Virus record (IMG/VR): IMGVR_UViG_3300035698_011202
Location: 1 to 64,000 of that record
Length of the DNA stretch: 64,000 bases
Source of the DNA: a virus
Reading direction: 5' to 3' (one strand)
The translations under genes and the position numbers were made by a program. The first letter of the stretch is position 1; the number at the start of each line of letters is the position of its first letter. Shown here piece by piece: positions 18,043-27,317 of this stretch. The notes under the pieces are model-generated. The model saw nothing but the letters and a program-made list of their open reading frames with translations, had not been told where the DNA came from and made no database searches.

Positions 18043-18069
18043 AAAAAAAACCCCGCACTAGGCAGGGTT
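18043..18069 (-). terminator. Intrinsic terminator of the predicted sRNA
   Basis: AACCCTGC-CTAGT-GCGGGG followed by T8. Confidence 0.85.
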
Positions 18070-18118
18070 GATACTAAATTGACGATGAGAAATGGCATCT
18101 GGCGACGCCATCAAACGA
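18043..18118 (-). ncRNA. Predicted ~75-nt small RNA antisense to the TTGACGATG start-codon motif
   Basis: Sigma70-like promoter upstream, 5' hairpin AUGGCGUC-GCCA-GAUGCCAU, unpaired UUCUCAUCGUCAAUUUAGU, intrinsic terminator; both stems need G-U pairs that form only on the minus strand; 5' end approximate. Confidence 0.75.
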
Positions 18119-18123
18119 GATAA

Positions 18124-18151
18124 ATATTATCATAATGATAACGTGCGTCAA
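18124..18151 (-). promoter_or_regulatory. Sigma70-like promoter for the sRNA with an overlapping 7-1-7 palindrome
   Basis: TTGACG-16 bp-(TGn)TAATAT; TTATCAT-A-ATGATAA at 18127-18141. Confidence 0.6.
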
Positions 18152-18176
18152 CAGGTTTATTCTGTACATGAATATT

Positions 18177-18566
18177 TTATGAGACTGATACCTGTTTCAG
18201 AGACACCTGTATGCCCGTGTGTACACCATCAGCCCCTGTCAAGCCTTCAGGGATAACAAGCGGCTGCATAAATTTGACAACTACACTGCCATATCTCTCA
18301 TGTTCAAACAAAAAGGAATCATGCAGCTCATGAGCAAGATAGAAGTCTTCTAGTGCTTGTAACGAATATCTTTTCTGAAACGCAGTTAATACTTTAGTGG
18401 GTTCAAAAAACTTCATTCCTGCAAACGTTAACGTAAACTTTTTTGCAACCGGCGTGTGAGACTTAACCGTATAATCCCAATTATTTCCTAGCGTTACCGC
18501 CTTACCCCTTGCGGGGTACTCGACAGATACTTTGTGCATTGGAAAGTTGAATACTTGTAGTGCCAT
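18177..18566 (-). CDS. Distal/minor tail protein (lambda M-like)
   Basis: Directly after tape measure; LEDFY..H....SF.F pattern. Confidence 0.7.
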   Translation of the reverse strand: MALQVFNFPMHKVSVEYPARGKAVTLGNNWDYTVKSHTPVAKKFTLTFAGMKFFEPTKVLTAFQKRYSLQALEDFYLAHELHDSFLFEHERYGSVVVKFMQPLVIPEGLTGADGVHTGIQVSLKQVSVS

Positions 18567-21500
18567 TAGAGCGTTCCCATATTAATTCGTTTAACTAGTT
18601 GCTTGGTTACGCCGCCTCGCGTGAGGTTATCAGCAATGATATGTACCACGTCATTCGCTCCCAGACTGGATGGCATCTGCTCAGGGCTGACCACGTAGAC
18701 ATTGACTTCTTTGCTACCACTGTCTTTTTGTTGAGCCATCGGATTGCCGCCTAGCTTCTCGGCCTGACGGTCAATTAGATTGGGATCAGCTGAGTTGAGA
18801 GCTTTCACCGTATCGATACCTAATGACTGCACCGCTTTTCTACGAAGCACAAACTCGCCCTTGGCTACTTTGGCAAAAGTGGAATCACGGGTAGACATAC
18901 CACGCGTTATCTCACCGCCACCCGCGTAGCTTCCTGCGAACTGTTCGCCTCCGTTCCAAGCATTCATCCCCCCATTCATATTAGTTGAGGGGTTTCCAGC
19001 CATAGTTGTTCCTGTGGGGCTAAACATACCCCCAAAGCCTGCGCCCGCCACCATTTGCAAGATACCTTTTAGCAACGCGTTAGCCGCAATCTCAGACGCT
19101 ATATCCAACATGCTTTCTAAGATACTGATAGTAAACGCTTTAAAAGCCTCGCTACCTGAAAGAGTGCCGTTTGCAAACGCTGTAAAAGCCTGCGCAAAAT
19201 TGGAGGCTAAATCCTGAGCAACATCATTCAAGCCTTTCATGGCTTCTGTCAACGGGTCAAAGTTATCTAGGCTTTGCATCAACAAGTCGTTGATACCTCT
19301 AAAGCCTCCGGCGACATTTTCAAGTATGCCCTCGGGAGTATCCTGCCCATTTTTAGGTACGTAAGTAGTATCGGTTGTTTCATCACCTAGTGGATTAAAC
19401 CCTTCACCTGTCATAGCAGCAAACAACCTACGGCGTACATCATCATCAAACTGATTAGCTTTTAAATCACGTACTATTGTGCCTAGCTCGTCGGATGTCT
19501 TCTTATTGTCAAGGTTAGTGTCTGACTGATTTTTATTATCATCGGCTAAATCTTTTTGGGCTTGGGCTTGCTTGACTATTTGCTCTTTAATAGTTTTGTT
19601 CAAGCCACTTCCATCAATACCACTATCAACGGCTAAGTCAGGATTACTGGCAACAAGAGATTCAAGGTATTCGATTAAAACTTTCCTAGCCCTAATTGCC
19701 TCAGTGGTTAAGTCTATTTCAGCTTTTGCTCTTTCTTCTCTTTTATCAATTAACTGCTGAGTGACTAGCTGTTGCTCTTCAAGAGAAGCCTCTTTAAATT
19801 GATTAGTGTACTTATCCCCACCTGTGGTGATTTTTTGTAGTTCACTTATCCGAGCTTCAAAAACCTCTTCAGTTTGTTTCAAGGCAATAACCTCAGCCTT
19901 CGCCAACTCTGAAGCTTTTTCTATCTTAGATTCTTGAGCCTCGGTAAAAGACTTTATAAGCCTAAGCCCATCTGTCTCTTCGTAGTCACGGTCTTTTGTA
20001 TCCAGATTTGTGTTTTTACCGTCCAAGGATTTAGCAAACTTTTGAGTGAACAAGTTCTTGTCTATAATTAACTGGGTTTCAGCTTTTGAGCTTATTGCTT
20101 CTTGTTGCGTCAAACGAGTAGCAACACCTTTGCTTTGTGGGCCTTGGTCGTTAAGACGCCCAGCAAAATCTTCCTTTTCCCTAGCAATTGCGCTTATTTT
20201 AGCCTGTAGCAATTCCTTTTCATCTGCCAACACGTTTAATCGTTCAGCTGACGCAGAGGTTGATAGTTCTTTATTGATCGTGCCCATCTGAGCATCAAGA
20301 ATAGCACCTCGGTTTTTGAAATCTAAGTCCTTAGCAAACTTGGCTTCTGTAGCGATATTCTTAAAACCCACCGATAAAGAAAGAATAATTGCATTAACTA
20401 CTTCATTGAATCCTGTGCTCACAAAGGCTTCCTGAAGCTCTTGTGGCGATAAGCCATTGCCTGTTGCGGTTGATTCAATGATTTTATTATTGTCGTTGTT
20501 TTTAGGGTCAAGACCACTTTGTATTAAGACTTCTCTTACCTGATTGCTAGTCAGCTCAGGGTTACTGAGAAGATTTTGTATTTGTAGTGGGTCTACATTT
20601 TGAGCCTCTAAAACTTTACGCAACTCGTCACCTGTCAGTGGTCTATCCCGCAAGGTAGTTTTAAAGTTATTCGTTAGCCTGTCTAACTCCGCTAATACCG
20701 TAGTCTCATTTTCTCCCATTGACGTGTAAGCTTTTAAATCGTCACGCTCATCTAGTTTTAGTACGTTTTGATAGACAGAAGAAATGTTTGACGTAAAGGC
20801 TTTTGTCGCTTGCTCTAATTGCAACATGCCCCCTGTCACCGCATCATCACCTAACGTTGTTAGCTCACGACGATTAATAACGTTGGCTTCTGAGTTAGTT
20901 AAATTATTTTCGAACCCTGTCTGAGATGTAGAGATGGCGAAAATAATACTCTGTAAAGCATCCGTAAAATCTTTACCGTACTTTTTAAACACATCTCCGT
21001 TTAAGCCTGTTTCAGTTGCATATTGTTGTACATTGCCTTCACGAATAAATACATCTCTTAGATTACCTTCTACGCTGAGTATTTTATCTAAAATACTCTT
21101 ACCTTCAGCTACCTTGTCTTTATCAACGTTACCGTCTTTGTCCGTAAAAGCTAACTGGTTGTATTGTTGAGTCAAGCCTGTGACAATTTTAGAGGTATCT
21201 CGCAACGAGGTTGTAAAGTCGCCAAGTTCAATTCTACCGCTGCCGACTGGTCCTCTCTCGCTACGATCCCTTTCTCCCGTATTACCCGTGAGTTTGCGCG
21301 AAGCTTTCTCAAAAATAGCCACTGCACTGTTTTCACCTTTCAGTGGTAGCTGTTCCTGAATAATAGCGTTTGAAGTTCTAGCTGATGCTTTGCCGCCATC
21401 AACAAGGGCGAGGTCTAGGCTCGCGTTTTCCTCATCCTTAAAAGTTTTAACTGCGTCAAATAACCCTTTATAATCCTTTACCGAATCGGGGATATATAAA

Positions 21501-24500
21501 CCCAACGCTTTAAACTCAGAGTTAACGCGCTTAATAGTTGAGGCCAACATGTCCGTGTCTTTACTTAACTTTACTTCGTTGGTAGCAATATTTTGCAGCG
21601 TTTTATTCAAAGCTTTTATGCTGTCTCGACTGGCTATCTGCCTAGATTTAGCATCGTTTTCTTCAGCCGTGGCCTTGTCTACTACATCCTTTAGTTTTGC
21701 ATCGTCATTAAAGCTATCTGCCAAGTACGCAATGCCTCCGAGTAAACCACCTATGGCAGCGAGCACCAGCGTTACTTTTCCTGCTAAAAATCTTAGCGCA
21801 ACAGTTAGTGCTGACGTGCCCATAGCCGCTCTTCTGGCTGTGTTTAAGCTTGAGCGCGTGTTGTCCCTTTGTAATCGATTACTGTTCAAAGGACGTCTAT
21901 CACCATCCCCTGAAACAGTTGAGCCAATCCCTAAGATAGCCGCAATAGCTCTGCCACCTGCAGCCAAGCCTATAGCAAGTTTTCCGAATGACACCACAAG
22001 GGCACCAATAGCAGCGCCCCCCGCAATAGAGCCAATAACCGATAACGCACCACCTACATCTTTTAAGCCGCTCAACATATCCGCAAGCGTAGAAACAAGA
22101 GCTGTTCCAGACTTCAAAAGCGGGTCGAACGCTTCCGAGGTGACCGAGAAAAACGTAGAGCCTAATCGCGCAAACTGGTTCGCAAATGATTCCATCTGAA
22201 TAGCGTTAGCTCTTGCCGCTGCACCACCAATCTCCATCTTCTCAGCCAGCTCATCAGCCACATCGATGTTGTTAGCAAACGCACCAAACGCCGCTGCCGC
22301 TCGAACTTGCATCGTTCGCATAGCATCGGTAACAGTAAATCCACTTTGAGAAAGCTTTTTAAGAACAGGAATTAAACCATTAGTCGATATGTCTAAGTCA
22401 CTCATACTTAAACCAAGTAACTGTGTAGTCCTTACAAACTCTTCTGAGGGCTTTTGTAAGGCGATCAATATCTGACGTAAGCCTGTGCCTAGCGTTGAGC
22501 CTGAACGTATGCCTGAGTTAGCCATGGCTCCTAGAGCTGCAACTGTTTCTTCAAAGCTGACGTTAGACTGAGCTGCGATGTTACCTGCATACTGTAGACC
22601 CAACGCAAGCTTGTTTAAGTTTAGTTTTGATGAGTTAACCGCCGTCGTTAACTTGTCAGCAATGTTACCCATGTCTCTTGCATCACGGTTAAATATGCCC
22701 ATTGTTGACGTAGCTAAGTCTACCGCTTCACTTAGATTTGCACCTACCGCTGTAGCAAACAGCGTAATACCTTCTATCGAGTCTGCTATCTGGTCTTTAC
22801 CAAATCCTGCTTGTCCAAGTACGACCGCTGCTTGTGTGACTTCTAGCGCCGTGAACTTAGTTTTTTCTGATACCGCAACTAACGTTTTACTTAGCCCTTG
22901 CATCTCAGTATTGGTCAAAGCCACAATAGATTGTAGCTGTTTCATCTCCTTTTCGAGCTGAACCATGAACTGACCAGATTGAGTAATAAGACTAATGCCT
23001 GTTCCCATAACTGCATAGTTTCTAAGCAACTGAGCTTGCTGCTTAAACATACCCGCGCCATTGTCCATTCGGCGTCTTTCGTCAGCCGCTAGAAGCGATC
23101 GGGCTGAACTAGTCTGAGCGCGACCTATTTCTGTTTGAGCAGGGCGGTAGTTTTGCTTAATCTTGATTTGCTCTAAGCGTCGCTCAATCCGTTTTAGCTC
23201 AGCGGTGGCTTGGTCAAAAACTACCGATGTAGCTGATGAACTTTTAATTAACCCTTTGACGACATTAGCGTAGTCACCTGCGGATTTTTTTAATTCGTTG
23301 AGTTCAGATGAACTTAAACCAACTAGTGATTTATTCAGTCCCTCTTTACCGGCCCGAGCGAAACGGTCACCGGCTAGGCGATTCTCGGTTTCTCTTAAAA
23401 GGGTGGTGTTGTTGTCACGCTGCAACTTTAAATCATTCTTAAATTGGGTGCTGTTTGACGCATCAATCTGAGCTTTGTTTTTTTGCTGCTGAGTTTCTAC
23501 TCGCTTGTCGCTTTGACGAATACTGGCAAGTTGTGTATCTATTTGTTTGCGTAAGTCAGAGCCTTCTGGCGCATTCTTTACTTGCTGGTTAACCGTTCTC
23601 GCAAACTCTTTTAGGTTGTTTCGTATTTGAGTCAGCTCACCCTTGCTTTTCATGTTTATGCTTTGGTCACCTAGACCACGCGCAAACCTAGCACCTTCCG
23701 ATACGCGAGAGTCAGCCTTTGACCTTGCAGAGACTTCTTGTTTAAGATCAGACGAGTTCGCTCTTGATAACTTACGTTTGGCTTTTTCTGGTTCACTGTT
23801 ATAAAAGACTTTAGCGGCGGCGTTACTTTCTCGCTGCGTCACAATGCCTTCTTTTAATGCGCTTATCTGTTGCTTGCGTAAATCTATCTGGCTACGCAGC
23901 TGCGTTCCTTCAGGAGCATTTTTTACTTGCGCGTTAACCACTTTCTCATACGCGCTCACATCTCTTGAAAGCCTTCTTAGCTCAGCAGGAGATTTGGCCC
24001 CAAGGTCTAATCTAGCCGCACCCCTAACAACTCTTTTCTTACCTTCGCGGGCATTAATATCAGCCGCCAATCTAACCGCGCTAGTTTTGGTAATACTCGT
24101 GCTGTTAGCGGCTCTAACCTTCTCGTCCTGCTTTCGCTTGGCCTTCGCTTCAGGACTATTGAAAACCCGCTTTTGCTCAGCGATAAACGCTTTGCGAGAG
24201 CCTGTTTCTTTATCTAAGGCCGCAAGTTGGTTCTCAAATAAACCTTTAAGACGGGCAGAAGACTTGGCAAAAGCCGTGTCCCCCGTATTGTTAGCTGCGT
24301 TGTTAGCTTTGGTGGCACCCTTTAAATAAACAGCCGTAGCCTGACGTTGCGCTTTTAGGTCCGACGCAGACATGGCACTCGTTCGTGCGTCTGAGAACTT
24401 AGATTCTTTTTTTGCAAGGTTAGGGTTTCGTCTAATTTCTTCGTTTAGAAATGAACGAGTACTTTGAGAAATAGCTCTTTTTATAGCCGGAGAAGAAACC

Positions 24501-24925
24501 ATCTTCCCTGTAATTTCACTCACCCCTTTAGTCAGACTATCCGTGTACCGTTTTACTAAAGCAGGGTCATTTAACTTGCTGGCTAAATTGCCTAAGTTTC
24601 CTATAATCCCTTGGGCTTCAGATTGCAGCGTAGCTACGCCGCCCCGAGAAATCGCCAATGCTCTGTTTAAAGGCGCAAGCTCTGCAGCATTCAAAGCATC
24701 AATAGGTTTTCGACTCTTAGCCGACATGCCGCTAGTCAGCTTTTCGTTAGCCTTAACGACATTATTTATGTCGGTCATAGATTGCTTGACAGTACCCATG
24801 CTTAGTTCAAGGGCTTTTTGTAGCTTCTCTAATTTTTTAGTCGCTTCGTCAACGGCTTTTTGACCGCTTTTATCAAATTTTACTTTTAATACGGTAGTAC
24901 GGATAGAACTGCTGTTATCACTCAT
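18566..24925 (-). CDS. Tail tape measure protein
   Basis: About 2119 aa helical protein with TP901-type core (TKFTALEV.QA...LGQAG; G..GS..GT.LR), C-terminal GG...DS..A....GEFVL; starts at TTGACGATG. Confidence 0.93.
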   Translation of the reverse strand: MSDNSSSIRTTVLKVKFDKSGQKAVDEATKKLEKLQKALELSMGTVKQSMTDINNVVKANEKLTSGMSAKSRKPIDALNAAELAPLNRALAISRGGVATLQSEAQGIIGNLGNLASKLNDPALVKRYTDSLTKGVSEITGKMVSSPAIKRAISQSTRSFLNEEIRRNPNLAKKESKFSDARTSAMSASDLKAQRQATAVYLKGATKANNAANNTGDTAFAKSSARLKGLFENQLAALDKETGSRKAFIAEQKRVFNSPEAKAKRKQDEKVRAANSTSITKTSAVRLAADINAREGKKRVVRGAARLDLGAKSPAELRRLSRDVSAYEKVVNAQVKNAPEGTQLRSQIDLRKQQISALKEGIVTQRESNAAAKVFYNSEPEKAKRKLSRANSSDLKQEVSARSKADSRVSEGARFARGLGDQSINMKSKGELTQIRNNLKEFARTVNQQVKNAPEGSDLRKQIDTQLASIRQSDKRVETQQQKNKAQIDASNSTQFKNDLKLQRDNNTTLLRETENRLAGDRFARAGKEGLNKSLVGLSSSELNELKKSAGDYANVVKGLIKSSSATSVVFDQATAELKRIERRLEQIKIKQNYRPAQTEIGRAQTSSARSLLAADERRRMDNGAGMFKQQAQLLRNYAVMGTGISLITQSGQFMVQLEKEMKQLQSIVALTNTEMQGLSKTLVAVSEKTKFTALEVTQAAVVLGQAGFGKDQIADSIEGITLFATAVGANLSEAVDLATSTMGIFNRDARDMGNIADKLTTAVNSSKLNLNKLALGLQYAGNIAAQSNVSFEETVAALGAMANSGIRSGSTLGTGLRQILIALQKPSEEFVRTTQLLGLSMSDLDISTNGLIPVLKKLSQSGFTVTDAMRTMQVRAAAAFGAFANNIDVADELAEKMEIGGAAARANAIQMESFANQFARLGSTFFSVTSEAFDPLLKSGTALVSTLADMLSGLKDVGGALSVIGSIAGGAAIGALVVSFGKLAIGLAAGGRAIAAILGIGSTVSGDGDRRPLNSNRLQRDNTRSSLNTARRAAMGTSALTVALRFLAGKVTLVLAAIGGLLGGIAYLADSFNDDAKLKDVVDKATAEENDAKSRQIASRDSIKALNKTLQNIATNEVKLSKDTDMLASTIKRVNSEFKALGLYIPDSVKDYKGLFDAVKTFKDEENASLDLALVDGGKASARTSNAIIQEQLPLKGENSAVAIFEKASRKLTGNTGERDRSERGPVGSGRIELGDFTTSLRDTSKIVTGLTQQYNQLAFTDKDGNVDKDKVAEGKSILDKILSVEGNLRDVFIREGNVQQYATETGLNGDVFKKYGKDFTDALQSIIFAISTSQTGFENNLTNSEANVINRRELTTLGDDAVTGGMLQLEQATKAFTSNISSVYQNVLKLDERDDLKAYTSMGENETTVLAELDRLTNNFKTTLRDRPLTGDELRKVLEAQNVDPLQIQNLLSNPELTSNQVREVLIQSGLDPKNNDNNKIIESTATGNGLSPQELQEAFVSTGFNEVVNAIILSLSVGFKNIATEAKFAKDLDFKNRGAILDAQMGTINKELSTSASAERLNVLADEKELLQAKISAIAREKEDFAGRLNDQGPQSKGVATRLTQQEAISSKAETQLIIDKNLFTQKFAKSLDGKNTNLDTKDRDYEETDGLRLIKSFTEAQESKIEKASELAKAEVIALKQTEEVFEARISELQKITTGGDKYTNQFKEASLEEQQLVTQQLIDKREERAKAEIDLTTEAIRARKVLIEYLESLVASNPDLAVDSGIDGSGLNKTIKEQIVKQAQAQKDLADDNKNQSDTNLDNKKTSDELGTIVRDLKANQFDDDVRRRLFAAMTGEGFNPLGDETTDTTYVPKNGQDTPEGILENVAGGFRGINDLLMQSLDNFDPLTEAMKGLNDVAQDLASNFAQAFTAFANGTLSGSEAFKAFTISILESMLDIASEIAANALLKGILQMVAGAGFGGMFSPTGTTMAGNPSTNMNGGMNAWNGGEQFAGSYAGGGEITRGMSTRDSTFAKVAKGEFVLRRKAVQSLGIDTVKALNSADPNLIDRQAEKLGGNPMAQQKDSGSKEVNVYVVSPEQMPSSLGANDVVHIIADNLTRGGVTKQLVKRINMGTL

Positions 24926-24941
24926 CGTCAATCTCCAAATT

Positions 24942-25316
24942 TTACGACAAGCCGCGTATCATGGCTTGCGCTTGTGCAATATTCTGAGGTTCATCTTGCT
25001 TTCGGACAGTTACAGGCTTTTCACTCTCACCACCCATTATGGCAACAGCTACTTTCATAAGGGACTCTTGAAACTGTCCGAACTTAACGGTCTGTAAGCC
25101 TACAACAAGCTTTATCTTTAATTGTATATCAGAATATGCCAGCGACCAGAAGACAGCCTCTAGTTGACTCGGGACAGAATCAAACACAAAACACATTTGG
25201 TCTTCAAATTCTAAGCCCGAATACCAGACGTTGAAGGTTTCTAAATACTTTTCTTGATTGCCTCTGTCCTTTTTATCGAGCTTGCTATCGACTTCTCCCA
25301 AGCTCGTAAAAAAAAA
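24942..25316 (-). CDS. Tail assembly chaperone frameshift extension (GT-like)
   Basis: Overlaps the upstream chaperone in the -1 frame, entered at a T9 run; lies between major tail and tape measure genes. Confidence 0.65.
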   Translation of the reverse strand, partial: FFFTSLGEVDSKLDKKDRGNQEKYLETFNVWYSGLEFEDQMCFVFDSVPSQLEAVFWSLAYSDIQLKIKLVVGLQTVKFGQFQESLMKVAVAIMGGESEKPVTVRKQDEPQNIAQAQAMIRGLS

Positions 25317-25603
25317 TACGATATATGGCTCTCTACCCAATCAAGAAAGTCGATCAAATGGTCCGTGTCTATTTCTAATTCATTAATAGCAAACTCTTCG
25401 GTTATTTTTCCATATTGGTCACGCTTAGATAGACACAATAAAAGTATGTCTAGTCGAACGGTAGCGTTGGTAAAGGTTTCTGAAATTTGTTGTGGGTTTT
25501 CGAATATGGCACTTAATGTGTTGAGCAATCCAAAAGACATAAACAGTTCTTTTTGTGTATCACCACAGGTCAAAGTAAAGCGAGGGGCTAGTTTATCAGT
25601 CAT
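25241..25603 (-). CDS. Tail assembly chaperone (G-like)
   Basis: Position after major tail protein; starts at TTGACGATG. Confidence 0.75.
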   Translation of the reverse strand: MTDKLAPRFTLTCGDTQKELFMSFGLLNTLSAIFENPQQISETFTNATVRLDILLLCLSKRDQYGKITEEFAINELEIDTDHLIDFLDWVESHISYFFLRAWEKSIASSIKRTEAIKKSI

Positions 25604-25625
25604 CGTCAATCCAAATTATAAGTAT

Positions 25626-25651
25626 AAAAAAAGGCTCCAAAAGGAGCCTTT
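25626..25651 (-). terminator. Intrinsic terminator after major tail gene
   Basis: AAAGGCTCC-TTTT-GGAGCC followed by T7. Confidence 0.8.
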
Positions 25652-25671
25652 ATACTATCAGGTATAGGTTG

Positions 25672-26505
25672 TTACACAATAGGTGCAGTAACCGTGTCAG
25701 TTAGTAACTCAGCTACTTTGTTCTTGAACTGAGCATAGAACGGGTCACCGCTAATAGGCTTCATAGGCATAAATTCGAACGGGACGTTACCGAAGTTATC
25801 AGTTGTAAACGACATAGTTAATCCTGAACTCACACGAATTTTAGGAATTAACAATACGATGAACTGTCCATCAGCCAACTGACCCTGCACTTTAGCAGAG
25901 TAATAACGGTCAGTATCGGTAGAACCAATATCTAATACGTTAACCAGTGACACGCGAGTACCTGCAGCAAAGCTACTTACTGAAACAACATCTGGCATAG
26001 AAACCGTCATGGTTGCGCTTGTAGAAGTGTTGCCAGAAATACCAGAAACAGCCGTAGCTGTACCCGCAACAATCTTATCCGTAGAAGGGTCACGCAATAA
26101 TACGCGGCTACCAAGGGTAATGTTCTGAATGTCAGCGGCATCTTCAAACGAAAGGTCTACTGAGCCAGCTGAGAATGATGCTGTCCCTGAAGTTTCCAAC
26201 GCTTTTTGAGGGGCTGAAATTAAGCCTGAGCCTTCTAATCCTAACGCATACGCTAAGTTCTGAGTAGTATACTCGTACATTTCAAAAGAACCCCGAGTCG
26301 TTTGACCCGTAGTTAATGAAACGATAATGTCGTTGGTACGACCTTGTGTTAGCTCGGTTTGGTCTTTAGTTGCTTCAATACTGAAGTTTTTTACCAAGCC
26401 TACGCCATGCTGCACAGGGTTTAAATTATACACGTCTTCTGGGTTGCCGATCATTACTTCGGCAGTACCCAACATGAATTTCTGTGATTTAGCATTTCCG
26501 CTCAT
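25672..26505 (-). CDS. Major tail (tube) protein
   Basis: Size, position before chaperones, followed by a terminator; starts at TTGACGATG. Confidence 0.82.
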   Translation of the reverse strand: MSGNAKSQKFMLGTAEVMIGNPEDVYNLNPVQHGVGLVKNFSIEATKDQTELTQGRTNDIIVSLTTGQTTRGSFEMYEYTTQNLAYALGLEGSGLISAPQKALETSGTASFSAGSVDLSFEDAADIQNITLGSRVLLRDPSTDKIVAGTATAVSGISGNTSTSATMTVSMPDVVSVSSFAAGTRVSLVNVLDIGSTDTDRYYSAKVQGQLADGQFIVLLIPKIRVSSGLTMSFTTDNFGNVPFEFMPMKPISGDPFYAQFKNKVAELLTDTVTAPIV

Positions 26506-26570
26506 CGTCAATCTCCAAATTTTGATTTAGTTAGGTTATAATCAATACCTCAACAAAGGAGCGAAAGACG

Positions 26571-26882
26571 ATGAAACTAACACCGATACCCTTACAACTA
26601 CCCTCGTATATAGTACACTTGGCGAAAACTGCACCTATTGATGAAACAGATACTGCTTCAAAAATTAGGATGCTAACTCGGCATTTTCTGAAAAACGATT
26701 TACCCGTTCCAGATATGTCCTCGTATAAAGACTTGCACCAAGACAAATCTTTCACGTTAAGAATGTCGCAACCTGAGTTGGACACGCTTAATAAGTTCTG
26801 CCAAAAAAAGCTCTATAATCGGCAACAAGCCTTTCAAATAGCTATCGTGGCGAGTCTGCAACATTTATCAGACCTTTACTAG
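26571..26882 (+). CDS. Ribbon-helix-helix-like DNA-binding protein, antisense within the late region
   Basis: KSFTLRMSQPELDTLNKFCQKKLYNRQQAFQIAI RHH pattern; AAGGAG RBS; TATAAT at 26537-26542. Confidence 0.6.
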   Translation: MKLTPIPLQLPSYIVHLAKTAPIDETDTASKIRMLTRHFLKNDLPVPDMSSYKDLHQDKSFTLRMSQPELDTLNKFCQKKLYNRQQAFQIAIVASLQHLSDLY

Positions 26883-27316
26883 ACTACAGCACCGTTGAAG
26901 GTAATGCCCTGATAAACTCTAGCGGTATTACCTCTGACAACAGCCGATATTTGAGTTATCCCATATATCTTCGCAAGGTGGGTTCTTAACCCATTAGTAG
27001 CATTATAAATAGCTATTTCCTGCTCAGGCTTTAGCTCTTTATAAATCGCATCAACGACAAAGCTCAACATCATATTGTTTGGGTCGTTCAAGGTAGAAAT
27101 AGTAATGGTGGCGTTAAAGGTTTCTAACGCTTGCATATCTGAGCCTGATTGCATACTCAAGCCTTCAAGGCCAATCAAATTCACTTCTGGAAATTGTGAC
27201 TCGTTAGCAAACGCATCAAAATTGTCAGCTTGAAAATTATACCCAGCCGTGGCGTTAAGAAGAATAGCTTTGTCGTTGCAATATTTAAGTAGTGAGGCTT
27301 GAATGTTCTGAAACAT
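26879..27316 (-). CDS. Tail completion/terminator-like protein
   Basis: Gene order and size. Confidence 0.5.
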   Translation of the reverse strand: MFQNIQASLLKYCNDKAILLNATAGYNFQADNFDAFANESQFPEVNLIGLEGLSMQSGSDMQALETFNATITISTLNDPNNMMLSFVVDAIYKELKPEQEIAIYNATNGLRTHLAKIYGITQISAVVRGNTARVYQGITFNGAVV

Positions 27317-27317
27317 A

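Noticed and set aside
18085-18123. 12-codon plus-strand ORF MRNGIWRRHQTR
   Set aside because: No good SD; promoter, G-U pairs and terminator all point to a minus-strand RNA
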